This document shows, piece after piece, positions 1 through 13,079 of a stretch of DNA of 64,000 nucleotides (the first letter of the stretch is position 1; the number at the start of each line of letters is the position of its first letter). A program made the position numbers and the translations under genes. Below the pieces are notes generated by a model that saw nothing but the letters and a program-made list of their open reading frames with translations, made no database searches and was not told where the DNA came from. Source of the DNA: Octopus bimaculoides (Eukaryota); the NCBI RefSeq assembly GCF_001194135.2, contig NC_068984.1:8139861-8203860 (forward strand). Reading direction: 5' to 3'.

Positions 1-251
1 GAATGGCGCGGTGCAAGCAAGCTAACTGACGATCTAAATGTGGTTGAGTGAAATTTTATCTCATTTAGCTTGCGTTAGGTCTTCTCATATTTGAGTGTAG
101 CATAGGAAATTCACAGTAAAAGACTCCACGTTATTAACTGTTGGGATTTATAGCCGCAGGGGAAGTTAATATTGGAAGGCATCCATTTCACGCTCAACGT
201 CAAATCGCAAACCACCGAAGAGGGAAGGAGGAGGAGGGGGAGGAAGAAGTA

Positions 252-338
252 GAAGAAGAAGAAGAAGAAGAAGAAGAAGAAGAAGAAGAAGAAGAAGAAG
301 AAGAAGAAGAAGAAGAAGAAGAAGAAGAAGAAGAAGAA
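252..338 (+). repeat. (GAA)n microsatellite
   Basis: Pure GAA tract; explains the poly-E and poly-F 'ORFs'. Confidence 0.98.
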
Positions 339-429
339 TATAATTATATAGTTCCTAGGTTCAAGCACAAACGTTGGGAAATTAACAAGTCTGCTCGGTT
401 TCAGGGCAGAAAAGAGACGGTGAGGTAAT

Positions 430-1428
430 NNNNNNNNNNNNNNNNNNNNNNNNNNNNNNNNNNNNNNNNNNNNNNNNNNNNNNNNNNNNNNNNNNNNNNN
501 NNNNNNNNNNNNNNNNNNNNNNNNNNNNNNNNNNNNNNNNNNNNNNNNNNNNNNNNNNNNNNNNNNNNNNNNNNNNNNNNNNNNNNNNNNNNNNNNNNNN
601 NNNNNNNNNNNNNNNNNNNNNNNNNNNNNNNNNNNNNNNNNNNNNNNNNNNNNNNNNNNNNNNNNNNNNNNNNNNNNNNNNNNNNNNNNNNNNNNNNNNN
701 NNNNNNNNNNNNNNNNNNNNNNNNNNNNNNNNNNNNNNNNNNNNNNNNNNNNNNNNNNNNNNNNNNNNNNNNNNNNNNNNNNNNNNNNNNNNNNNNNNNN
801 NNNNNNNNNNNNNNNNNNNNNNNNNNNNNNNNNNNNNNNNNNNNNNNNNNNNNNNNNNNNNNNNNNNNNNNNNNNNNNNNNNNNNNNNNNNNNNNNNNNN
901 NNNNNNNNNNNNNNNNNNNNNNNNNNNNNNNNNNNNNNNNNNNNNNNNNNNNNNNNNNNNNNNNNNNNNNNNNNNNNNNNNNNNNNNNNNNNNNNNNNNN
1001 NNNNNNNNNNNNNNNNNNNNNNNNNNNNNNNNNNNNNNNNNNNNNNNNNNNNNNNNNNNNNNNNNNNNNNNNNNNNNNNNNNNNNNNNNNNNNNNNNNNN
1101 NNNNNNNNNNNNNNNNNNNNNNNNNNNNNNNNNNNNNNNNNNNNNNNNNNNNNNNNNNNNNNNNNNNNNNNNNNNNNNNNNNNNNNNNNNNNNNNNNNNN
1201 NNNNNNNNNNNNNNNNNNNNNNNNNNNNNNNNNNNNNNNNNNNNNNNNNNNNNNNNNNNNNNNNNNNNNNNNNNNNNNNNNNNNNNNNNNNNNNNNNNNN
1301 NNNNNNNNNNNNNNNNNNNNNNNNNNNNNNNNNNNNNNNNNNNNNNNNNNNNNNNNNNNNNNNNNNNNNNNNNNNNNNNNNNNNNNNNNNNNNNNNNNNN
1401 NNNNNNNNNNNNNNNNNNNNNNNNNNNC
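430..1428. other. Assembly gap (one of many N runs in the window)
   Basis: N run; ORFs spanning it are artefacts. Confidence 0.99.
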
Positions 1429-1615
1429 ATACACATAACCACACACACAGACACATAACCACACACACAGCCACATAACCACACACACAGACACATAGTC
1501 ATTTACACATAAAGTCACACACACAGAGTAACCGTAGATCATGCATACACATAACCACACACACAGACACATAACCACACACACAGACACATAACCACAC
1601 ACACACAGACACACA
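1429..1615 (+). repeat. ~22-bp CA-rich minisatellite
   Basis: Repeated unit acataaccacacacacagacac. Confidence 0.9.
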
Positions 1616-1939
1616 CGCCCGATAATCGTTGACACTGGAATCTGCTAAGGCAAACACTCCTATACGCTTCTATTGAAATTGACTGGCCAACGTTTTTGTT
1701 TGTTTGGGTCGTCAATAAGCAATAATATCGCCTTTAATTACATCGGAAGAACAGCGGCGGCAGCAGCAGGCTCATAAGAAAATGATAACTGTTGCAGTCA
1801 AGATGATATGATCAGCTTCAATACGTCAACAACAATGCAGGAATAATTCCAGCCAAAAGAATCGTTAAAGAAGAAACTTGTAGCAACATCTCCTCACCTT
1901 GCCATCTTTCACCCTCTCACCTTTCTCTCCTTTCTATGT

Positions 1940-1943
<4 letters not shown>

Positions 1944-2002
<59 letters not shown>
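1944..2002 (+). repeat. (CT)n microsatellite
   Basis: Direct reading. Confidence 0.97.
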
Positions 2003-2004
<2 letters not shown>

Positions 2005-2378
2005 GCCCTTCTCCTCTCACTGTTCTGTCTCGCTCTACAAATATCTATACATTATAAAGGGTCGGGCGCAAAAGTAGTTATACAGCAAGTTATACATCGA
2101 TGTTATAATACATGATTCATTATAATTATTAGCACATTAAATTAGTCAGCCTCATTTTTGAAATTTTCGGTGTCATTAATCATAATAATACATTCATCAT
2201 AATTATGATAATACTTTGATCGTAACCTTTAATTTTTTTTTTGACAAAAATAAAAGGGCATTGTACGTGTTTTCTTTCTTTTTTTTTTTCATAATTGNNN
2301 NNNNNNNNNNNNNNNNNNNNNNNNNNNNNNNNNNNNNNNNNNNNNNNNNNNNNNNNNNNNNNNNNNNNNNNNNNNNNN

Positions 2379-2427
<49 letters not shown>

Positions 2428-2829
2428 GACAAGAAATAATTTTTGCCTCTTTTTATGGAGACAAATAAAGTTTATAAGACTGCAAAACAGAAGTGCTTAA
2501 ATGAGATTGAGACAGAGATAAAAAAAAAACATTGATTAGAGAACAAACATCAAATTCGAGTCAACGACTTTATATAACACCACAATTCCATATATTTGAT
2601 GATATATAAATATTACTATGGCCTTAAACATATAAAGAATACATATATATATATATATATAAAAGCACGAAAAGTAAAAAAAATATGTATGCAAATAAAA
2701 ATACAGGTATATAGAACGGCCTATCAAGAATGTATATACAATCGACTAAAAATTCTAAAGCGTGTCAAGCGACGAAAAATCTAAATAAAATATCAATCTA
2801 CTAAAAGGAAAAATATATATACATATATG

Positions 2830-4213
2830 TCCCAGAGCACAAGGCCAACACAAAAAGGAACAAGATTCCAAGTGAGAGAAAGATCCTCATGAGACAACGG
2901 ACGAAGGCTGCAAATCGCCTCAACCAACATTCCAAAGGTAGCGAAAAGTCCCGCCTAAAAGCAACACATAGAAATTGAAAAAAACCTGCAACAATCCTAT
3001 GTGCGGGAGAGAGCAGACAAAGAAGCCTGGGTTATAAAAACATTAAGTCAAACCCAAAGGTTTACTTTTCACTATGCGAAAGAAACAGCCTCAGTACGCT
3101 GCAAAATAGGACCCCTATTCGAGATGGCTCCCTCAAAGATAGTCCAACTAGGATCAGTGAGGTACTGACCGACCAGTTCAAAAGAGTTTTTACCACCCCA
3201 TTGGAAGAGACAAGTGAACGAACCAGTGGATTTTTTTGCCGCCTCACCTATAACCACCTATAATACATCGACATTAGCGAAGACGATATACTACCAGCTA
3301 TAGATGAGGTGGACGCAAATTCAACTGCTGGTCCTGATGGTTTCCCAGCAATCATCCTTAAATCGTGTAAGCGTGTCCTAGCAAAGCCTCTACAGATTCT
3401 CTTACAGAGCTTTCTTGCAAATGGCAGGCTGCCAAGCAAGCTGAAGGAGGGAATACCAGGATGGTGACAAAGTGTAGACGACTGGCTGGATGGATCCTGA
3501 GAACGTTCAGAACCAGAGAAAAGGAAACCATGATGGTCCACTAGAGGACATTCGTCCTCGGTTGCCTGGTTTACTGCTCCCAGCTATGGTCACCCAACAG
3601 TGTGAAATTAACAGCGGACCTAGAAGTAATCCAGCGAAGCTTCACAAAGAAGATCGTCTCATTACAATAACTGAGCTACTGGGAAAGACTGAAACAGCTA
3701 AGACTCTACTCCCTGGAGAGAAGGCGGGAGAGGTATGCAATAATATACATCTGGAAGATACTGGAAGGAATTNNNNNNNNNNGAGAAGGCGGGAGAGGTA
3801 TGCAATAATATACATCTGGAAGATACTGGAAGGAATTGTGCCAAATTTGGGCATTGAAAGCTACACCAATGCCAGAACGGGTCGACACTGCCAAAGATCA
3901 CAGCAATGCTATCGCGCTTCAGGACCAGTTGCTGCAAAAGCCTGGGTTTGAGGGGCCCACGGCGTTTTAATATAATTGCAAAGAGGTTGAGGAACCTACA
4001 CAAAGTGGATGTAGGTGTTCTCAAATCAACACTGGATCTCTTCCTGTCGAGAGTCCAAGATTGACTTACCTCATGGCAAGAACTGCAAATGAGAGTAGCG
4101 ACATCAAACTCCATTCTTCGCTAGGTGCCACATATTAGAGGAGGCTCTCAGTGATAACAGTGTAGCAAAACGGTAGTGCCCCAGCATGGCTACAGCTCTG
4201 AGCTGTAACTACA
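2830..4213 (+). mobile_element. CR1/L2-group LINE relic with internal RT deletion and preserved 3' end
   Basis: Frameshifted translation gives KSNPK..YFHYAK..., DEVDANSTAGPDGFPAIILKSCKRVLAKPLQILL...KLKEGI. It then jumps at ~3445 to RLAGWILRTF...YCSQLWSP...LSYWERLKQLRLYSLERRRERYAIIYIWKILEG, a typical C-terminus of CR1-type ORF2. Confidence 0.88.
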
Positions 4214-5789
4214 ATATATATATATATATATATATATANNNNNNNNNNNNNNNNNNNNNNNNNNNNNNNNNNNNNNNNNNNNNNNNNNNNNNNNNNNNNN
4301 NNNNNNNNNNNNNNNNNNNNNNNNNNNNNNNNNNNNNNNNNNNNNNNNNNNNNNNNNNNNNNNNNNNNNNNNNNNNNNNNNNNNNNNNNNNNNNNNNNNN
4401 NNNNNNNNNNNNNNNNNNNNNNNNNNNNNNNNNNNNNNNNNNNNNNNNNNNNNNNNNNNNNNNNNNNNNNNNNNNNNNNNNNNNNNNNNNNNNNNNNNNN
4501 NNNNNNNNNNNNNNNNNNNNNNNNNNNNNNNNNNNNNNNNNNNNNNNNNNNNNNNNNNNNNNNNNNNNNNNNNNNNNNNNNNNNNNNNNNNNNNNNNNNN
4601 NNNNNNNNNNNNNNNNNNNNNNNNNNNNNNNNNNNNNNNNNNNNNNNNNNNNNNNNNNNNTATATATATATATATATATCCAGAGAGAGAGGGAGAGAGA
4701 CAACCTGATGGAGAGACAAAATGAAATCCACCTTACCATAAATTGACCGAAGTCATTTAATATGTGAAAAAAGAATTCTTTATACTAACATAAAATCATA
4801 TTGGGACCAGGATAAAGAAATACGTTTGTTTTCGTTATATTTTTAACTGCATGGAATCATATTCTGTAGAGATAGCCTTTCTGACGACTTTGAGTGGCAA
4901 CCAACATAACTGAAACACTACAAAGCAAACTGTTGCTATTTAATCACGAATTCTGTTGCTAAATTGTTGCTATTTTTACAAATCCCATCTGGAAAATCAA
5001 ATGATTCATTTGAAAATGATATTTCATGTTTATTGTGGATGTGCTTAGCTGCAGAAAATTTGGCTCGTTACCGCAATGAATTATGGGTATTTGATGTTGA
5101 ATTAATGCTTCCTATTTTTGAATGATAAACCATCTTATGTTTCATGTGAGGATTCATCATTGTATTCTGTGCCCTTAGTATTTGTCTAAACAGCGAAGAT
5201 CTATTGAATAATAAATGTGACGAATTCCAAATTAATTTGAATCACATACGGTAATTCTAAATGTGGATTTCTTTATTATTATGCAGAATTACTGGACTGA
5301 TTGTGTGTGGCGACCGTTAAAGTAATGGAATACTTGAAGTTTATTCTTCGACAATCAGAGTTCGAAACTCTACAAAAGACAACAATTCACTTTGTAATAT
5401 GCAATGGTCGAATTTACATACAGCTGAATCATGTAAATATCTTCGTTTTTCATTTTCATTTTTTTTTTTACTTGCTGAGTTAAAAGAGTGAGTCGGGGCT
5501 AGAACGCTGTCAGGCTCTACTAAGCGAGTGAGATTATTCCTTAATGAATGATTGGGCATTATGTTTAGCACAGGAAAACAGGACGTTGGCTTCATCGGGA
5601 GCACCGAGAAATCGTGACACGATTGGGTCAGAATCCCTTAAGGATAGAGGTATATGGAGTCAGCCTCAATCAAACGAAGGCGCCATTATATTAACGACAG
5701 AAAAGGTTAAGGAGAGTATAGAGCACGACTATTGATGAGAGGATGCAGTGTGTCCTTAGATAAAAAGTGGTACTCTGTCGGTGCTCTAG

Positions 5790-6100
5790 TTGATCAGATT
5801 AATGGAATACTCTGCTCGTGAAATAATATGCAAGTGTCTAAGCACTCTGCAAACAAGCGTACTCTTAATAAAGCTCTGAGGAAGATTCAGCAAAACAGAA
5901 TATGTAACAAGGCTTTGAAATACGGGAACAACCCACTTTTGCCAACTGAGTAAACTGAAGTAATGTGAAATAAAGTGTCTTGTACAATGACACAACGTAT
6001 GCCGGGTATCGAACTCGCGCCTTCACTTTGTGCATTAACCAGCCAAGTGGTAGCAGTGCTCTATGTTGTTGATCAAGGTGCCAAACCTTAAACCACATGC
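5790..6100 (-). mobile_element. tRNA-derived SINE (family C), degraded
   Basis: Contains gtgaaataaagtgtctt...cacaacg...gggtatcgaactc (reverse B-box), shared with 29555-29668 and 56410-56605. Confidence 0.6.
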
Positions 6101-6229
6101 AACTCTATTCTTATAGCAATCTGACTAACATGTATATGTTTCTATCTTTTACTGGTTTTTCGTCTTCAAGAATTTTAGTTGACCGATGTAATTTGATATA
6201 TAGTAAATCCCCAAAAAGAACAAACACTA

Positions 6230-6378
6230 AAAACAACAACGCGAGGATGTGGTACATGTAAGGTATTAGCAGACGCTCAGGGAAGGAAAGAAAGATGGTT
6301 TAATCTTTCGAGCAGACGCTCTTCTTCGGAAACAGAAGAACGTCCAATAGAAGGGAAAACGGAGGAAGAAAAATCGCC
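6230..6378 (-). mobile_element. Penelope-like terminal-repeat fragment with degenerate hammerhead motif
   Basis: Similar to 47390-47530; the minus strand reads ccgaaga-a-gagc-gtct-gctc-gaaa. Confidence 0.6.
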
Positions 6379-6627
6379 TGTTGCTATTATGTTAAACTAT
6401 CATTTGTCCAAATTTTGCCAAATGTGTATCATTCAATATTTATTTTTGCTTGTAATAACGGGTTCTTTGGGTCAAACTATTGTATCTTCAGCTGCTTTAG
6501 ATGCTGAGGTATAAAACAATTGTCAAAGTATAGTACAACGGTTCTGCTATGGAATTCTGAAACCATTTTTTCGTTTTCTGAAAAAGTAACGTTTCGGACT
6601 TGCGACAATTTTGCATAATCGTATCGA

Positions 6628-6663
<36 letters not shown>

Positions 6664-6699
6664 TGTATGTATGTATGTATGTATATGTGCGTGTGTGTC

Positions 6700-6900
6700 T
6701 TTTTCCCCAGCACCATCGAATACCAACCGTTGTTAGCTAGTTGCTTATGTTCCCGTAACTTATCGGTTCGGCAAAAAAGAACCGAATTCATGAATATCAG
6801 ACTTCACAAATAAGTACTGGAATCAATTTCTTCAACAAAACACTTCAGTGACGTACCTCACAATGGCCATAGTCTAATGACTGATACAAGTAAAATATTA
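6700..6900 (+). mobile_element. SINE family A, 3' half (degraded)
   Basis: cccgtaacttatcggttcggcaaaa...atggccatagtctaatgactgatacaagtaaaa matches other family A copies. Confidence 0.75.
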
Positions 6901-6965
6901 AAGTTACTATATAGATTAGTCACGATGCCAGTGTTGACAGAATCGACCTCCAAATAAGAGTTACG

Positions 6966-7001
<36 letters not shown>

Positions 7002-7011
7002 NNNNNNNNNN

Positions 7012-7047
<36 letters not shown>

Positions 7048-8053
7048 TGAAGTTGATAGTACTAATTGCAGGTATCAAGGTAGATACCAAGCTGCTTGAG
7101 TAACGTATCAAATCCTTCGTTGATAGTCTCTAGGGAATCGTTTTACGCATTCAATAATACATATTCCATTAAAATTAGTTACATAATACCTATATCAGAA
7201 GGGAGAACAGGAAAACCACACATTGCGACATTCATCACTCTATATTAAAAGAATCAGATGTCAAATCCAGCAAACCAGGAAATTGCTTAGCTGTTGCTTC
7301 CTGATGTTCTTAATTCCTGTGGTCTACCAAATCTGATATTACCTTTTCAGCAAATACATACTCGGCAGTTTCATTATTAAAAACACTTATCTTATAAGAG
7401 TGTCCATGATATATTTGCTAAGGATAACGTGTATTTAATTCTTGCTATTCTCCATAAAAATTGTAAAATTCCCATGACAAATACGAATATATTTACATTG
7501 AATTATTTCTTTAGAAAAGTGATAATATTGTATTAAATAAGATTCTAAAAAATATCAGAATTCATAGGAATATAAATTAGGAATCAATTATACATAATAA
7601 ATTATATCGATCTATGATTATTTATTTTATGTTATTATTTTACTACTTACAATTGTATGAATGGAAAACAACACGGAGAAATATTTTAACTTATAAGAAA
7701 AATCTGTGTGTGCCGAGGGATTAAACAAAGATACAAAATGTTTTTACATACTTGGATATTCTGGAATTCACGCACACAATAGAGACAAAAGATAGGAATG
7801 GCAAGCCAGTGTTATATTTTTTGATAGTTTGTTATTGTCACGAATAATAAAAATCTTCTCAAATATCCTCTAATGATTAAAAGAAAAATGCAACGAATCT
7901 ATTTATATGTTTCGTAATTTTCTTATGGATCTATGACTGCTGAACGAAGGAAATTATTGAATATAAATATGCAGGTGGAGGTGCGCATGTATGTATGTAT
8001 GTATGTAAGTATGCATATGTGTATGTATGCATCGATATATGTAAGTATGCATT

Positions 8054-8091
<38 letters not shown>

Positions 8092-8764
8092 ATGTATGTA
8101 AGTATGTATGTATGCGTGTATGCATGTATAACAATTAGATAAATGAAAAGGTAAGGAAATTATGCAATGAACTTCATTAACTTGCAGGTGTTTCTGCTTT
8201 GAGGTACAGTGCACGCAGAGCTGAGTGCTTGTACTTCACCATATTGTCTCCTCGGATATTCAAATATGTATACATGTATATAAAGTTATAATACCAGGTT
8301 GTTAATATCGGTATTACTAAGTGAGTTATTTAGAAAGTCTTTCTAACTCTCTGTCTTTTTTCTACACTTTTCGTGCAGCTGAAGATTGCTCTTCATATTG
8401 CATTTAAGGTAATGCTCACATTACTTAAATAAATTGAAGTACCATGACACGAGCGTACTGCAATCACTTTTGAAATCCGTGTTGCTTATTGTTTGATTTT
8501 AATCACCCATCCTTTTGGGATGCGATACCCGGGTGCCTTCGCATAAGTCCCATATTCAAACCTTGAATCTATATCTAAACCGTCTATATATATATATACA
8601 TACATATATATNNNNNNNNNNNNNNNNNNNNNNNNNNNNNNNNNNNNNNNNNNNNNNNNNNNNNNNNNNNNNNNNNNNNNNNNNNNNNNNNNNNNNNNNN
8701 NNNNNNNNNNNNNNNNNNNNNNNNNNNNNNNNNNNNNNATATATATATATATATATATATATAT

Positions 8765-8813
<49 letters not shown>

Positions 8814-9842
8814 AAATTTGTGGACTACTTTGAGAGCTAGAAAATAAAAGCTCTGGTTGTAGATCACTTGTTTAATTATCTATTAAGTAATTAGTTAATT
8901 AGTGAGATAGTTCATCTCTATTGAAAACTGTAAGTCAATTTCCTGCGTGTAACATCTGCTGGTGCTACAGCAAGGAACTGGTTTTAAATAAGTATGAAAT
9001 AGCGCTATGCCTGGCTATCTATGACTAAAAATTATTTGGCATATTTATAAAGGCGAGAAAATATTTGGAGTGTTTACTCTGTGCATCTTTGTTTTTTTTA
9101 TTATTCGATTTAAAATTCAGATTTTTCAATACGTCATGTTTTAGGATTTGTTAAAAAAAATGGCTGTCTCTTTAACGATAACGACCACCAGCGTATCACG
9201 TGGTTCTAATTAGGATTTAAGAAGTAGGAAACTCAGTTGCAGCGACTTAAGTACACGGCTACTTGGCTGAATGACGTTACCACTATACTGAAACATGGTG
9301 TGAATAAAATGATGACAAAAAACAACTGCCGAAAGAGAGACCACACATAGAGACAGACAAATAAATATAAAGATGGGTGAGCGTGTGTCTATGGTAATAT
9401 GAGAAGATTTTAAAATCAAAACAAAATCATAAAAATGAAAATAAATATTCGGTCACGTGGAGATACAGACGCTCGTCATAAGAAAACACACACACACACA
9501 CACAGACAGAGCAGTATTGCATTAATAAAATAATGCAAATACATGCCTAGACGAAAATGAAGAACAACAGAAAGCATAGATTGAGTGAAACTATCACGGT
9601 TGTGTACAAACGGTAATAGTCAGCGTCATGGTCGCAGAAGCATGGCCGAAGACTTTGAGAAACCAAATATCTGATTCCATAATTCATTTAGTAATTGATT
9701 AATTAGTTAAATCATATTCAAACAGAGTTGAACTACAAACAGCATGTCTTTATTGACACAAAGGCTGTTCAAAATTGCAATTTAATTTTAACACCTGATT
9801 TCAGATCTAGAATTAACTAAACAGTAATCATTCTCAAATCAT

Positions 9843-10400
9843 GAAAACAAGCCCTTGGAAAACCACTGCGGCTTGTTTTTCAAAGCTTTCTTGCAGGTAG
9901 TAAGCTCCCAGGCCATCCGAAGGAGGGAATAATATGCCCTATTCGTGAAGAAGGAAACAGAGCAGATGCTAAAAATTATACCCCTATCTCCCTGATATCA
10001 TACATCAGCAAACGCATGGAACGAATAGTCTGGTGGACGCTAATTGCATTCTTGAAGAGAACAACTTCCACGGCTTTCGACCACATAGAAGCTTCCTGAC
10101 ACAGCTCTTGCAAGCAGCACAACTGGGTATTAAAGCAGCTGCTGAACAATTCAAATGTGGGTATGATATATCTGGACTTTGCAAAAGCCTTTGATAAAAT
10201 CGACCAAGGTAGAGATATCACAAGATGCGTAATCTTAGCAAATCGTGGGGTGTGGCTGCATGACTTTCTAAAAGATAGAAGTTAGGGAGTGGCGGCCAAC
10301 TGGGCTACCTTCAAGGAAACACAAATATTGAGTGATGTCCCACAGGGCACTTTCGTAGGGCCACTGCTATAAATAATGATTTCTGAGACATGCCTTAAGC
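9843..10400 (+). mobile_element. CR1/L2-group LINE reverse-transcriptase core fragment
   Basis: GKPLRLVFQSFL...KEGIICPI...KNYTPISLIS...HGFRPHRSFLTQLL...MIYLDFAKAFDKID...DVPQGT; same family as 2830-4213. Confidence 0.88.
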
Positions 10401-10489
10401 GACTCAGATAACAACCCTTGCTAGGCATTCAGATGATACATAAGTCTCTCAGACCATACAGAACCCTAGAAAAATTGTGCACCTGCAAC

Positions 10490-10720
10490 AGTACTTGGAC
10501 ACATTTGCAAGACAATGCACCAGCACGCACAGCACATGCAACTCCAAGGAAAATACGCGATTTTGGCTTCAAATTAGTATACCACTCAACTTACCCTCGT
10601 GTCTTGCCCCCCCACTCCGATTATCACGTATTTCTACAACTTGGTTGTAGACCCAAACATCCGAGTTCATTTTACAAGAGCTTAGAAAAAGTGAAGGACT
10701 GGTGTAATGTGTGAATTTGA
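10490..10720 (+). mobile_element. mariner transposase C-terminal relic
   Basis: HLQDNAPARTAHAT...HSTYPRVLPPHSDYHVF resembles the mariner DNARPH / HPPYSPDLAPSDYHLF motifs. Confidence 0.75.
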
Positions 10721-11345
10721 AAGAGGAATAAGTTGAATAAAATCATAACTATTTGTCATATATATTCTTTTACCGAAATCCAGGAACTTTTCAACTCCAG
10801 CCTCCTACATATATATATATATATATATATATANNNNNNNNNNNNNNNNNNNNNNNNNNNNNNNNNNNNNNNNNNNNNNNNNNNNNNNNNNNNNNNNNNN
10901 NNNNNNNNNNNNNNNNNNNNNNNNNNNNNNNNNNNNNNNNNNNNNNNNNNNNNNNNNNNNNNNNNNNNNNNNNNNNNNNNNNNNNNNNNNNNNNNNNNNN
11001 NNNNNNNNNNNNNNNNNNNNNNNNNNNNNNNNNNNNNNNNNNNNNNNNNNNNNNNNNNNNNNNNNNNNNNNNNNNNNNNNNNNNNNNNNNNNNNNNNNNN
11101 NNNNNNNNNNNNNNNNNNNNNNNNNNNNNNNNNNNNNNNNNNNNNNNNNNNNNNNNNNNNNNNNNNNNNNNNNNNNNNNNNNNNNNNNNNNNNNNNNNNN
11201 NNNNNNNNNNNNNNNNNNNNNNNNNNNNNNNNNNNNNNNNNNNNNNNNNNNNNNNNNNNNNNNNNNNNNNNNNNNNNNNNNNNNNNNNNNNNNNNNNNNN
11301 NNNNNNNNNNNNNNNNNNNNNNNNNNNNNNNNNNNNNNNNNNNNN

Positions 11346-11386
<41 letters not shown>

Positions 11387-12179
11387 TATATGTACATATA
11401 TGTATGTATGTAGGTATGTATGTAGGTATGTATGTATTCATATTTCTATATAAATTTACCTATGTGTATGCCATACCAAACATATTTGTTTATATGTATG
11501 TGCATATAAGTCTGTGTATACAGTGATATATATCTAAAAACATACAAATACATATAGACATACATATATAAAATATACAAATATCTGTATATATCTACAT
11601 ATCGCGCATAATAGGTTGGACAATTTCTATTCCAATAGTACATGTGACTATATAACTAAACGTTAAACGAATCAGAAAAACAAAATCACTTCAACTCCAT
11701 CTTAGATGAATAGAAAATAAATGAAGGCAAAAATTTCTGAACTGTCCTAAAATTCACTTTGTGCAACACAATGGCATTAATGAGAATGAATTTATGTCAA
11801 TGGTACAAGCTATATGCATTAACTACTTCCTATTGGAAAGAGCAAAGTTCAACATATATCAGCGTAAAAGTAATTTATTATAGTCATAATGCCAAGTTTC
11901 AAAGTCATAGATCGAATAAATATAGGACTCTCGAATAGAATGCTGTATGTGAAATTATTATTTTCTTGTAAATATTAGAAGACAACAAAAATAATAACAG
12001 TATCAATAATGTAGGTCTGAAGAAAATATCATAAGCCACCTATATATATATATATATGGCTATAGAAGAGCCATTTTCAAGTTAAGAAATCTGAATTGAT
12101 CGGAGTAGAATATAATCACGTTTCTTTCGGTTGCAAAAATGAGATCTAACAGTTTAAATGCGGTTTTTATGCATGAATA

Positions 12180-12265
12180 CGAAGTTATACCCTGAACTAT
12201 TTCTCATACAACATATACGATAAGTTATACCCTGGACTATTTCTGATACAGCATATACGATAATT
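12180..12265 (+). repeat. ~40-bp tandem duplication
   Basis: aagttataccctg(a/g)actatttct(c/g)ataca(a/g)catatacgat occurs twice. Confidence 0.9.
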
Positions 12266-13079
12266 TATTCACTAAGTTCCAGTGAAACATAAAGACATCT
12301 GCTCCGTACAAAAACAAAACTGATGAGAATATTAGTTTTAACGTATTTAGTGGAATGGGTTATTATCATTCTTTATTAAGTTTACGACTGTCATGGTCAG
12401 TTTTGGTCTTAATAGGCGGAGAGGATCATGGTGATACGTTCCTTAAAAATATATTTGGATATATAACATTTTAAATATAGGATATAGGACTGAGTCTTAC
12501 TTATATCTTCCCTGTAGGTTGACAAACGTTGGTGTTTCGGCATTATTAAGGCCTCCTAGGTGATGTGTTTGTGTTTTCGTTACCAATTTTAGCAAATGAA
12601 GATGATTTGCGAGTCACAAAATAATTTAATTAATATGCAATGATAATTGAATTGATATGCGTGATAAGTTTTAAAATAAGTACAAGGAGAAAATATCTAG
12701 AAATACACACTACATAGCAGCAAAATGCAATGAGCTTAGCTCATTAACATCAGCATGCTAACAGCTATATCACCATGTCCTGTTCAACAGCAGTTATTCA
12801 ATAAAGCAAAATTGATCCAAGAAAACTCAGGTTCAAATTCATTGCATCATTGAGAAGCATTCTGATTGCTTTAGCATGTTTCCACTGGATTCAATATTGT
12901 TCGGTTTAGTGTAGTTAGATAGTTACTATTATCCAAAAATGAATTGTATGATACCAATCGGCGATCTGTACAATGGAATGTACAATAGCAAAGCATGCTT
13001 GTATAATTCCAGTGAGAGAATGTTGTAAGCGCTCAAATGGTGCATCATTTCATTGTCCAAAAAAAGGAAGAAACATAAA

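Noticed and set aside
1429-1615. CRISPR-like repeat array
   Set aside because: Contiguous tandem minisatellite without unique spacers, in eukaryotic DNA.
111-1635. Long ORFs spanning N runs and microsatellites (also at 4.1-4.7, 10.7-11.4, 31.3-32.4, 50.6-51.6 and 54.9-56.0 kb)
   Set aside because: They consist of X and dipeptide repeats (YI, CV, RE, HT); artefacts of gaps and simple repeats.
3710-3840. Apparent ~50-bp tandem duplication inside the LINE
   Set aside because: Identical sequence on both sides of a 10-N spacer; a typical unmerged contig overlap.
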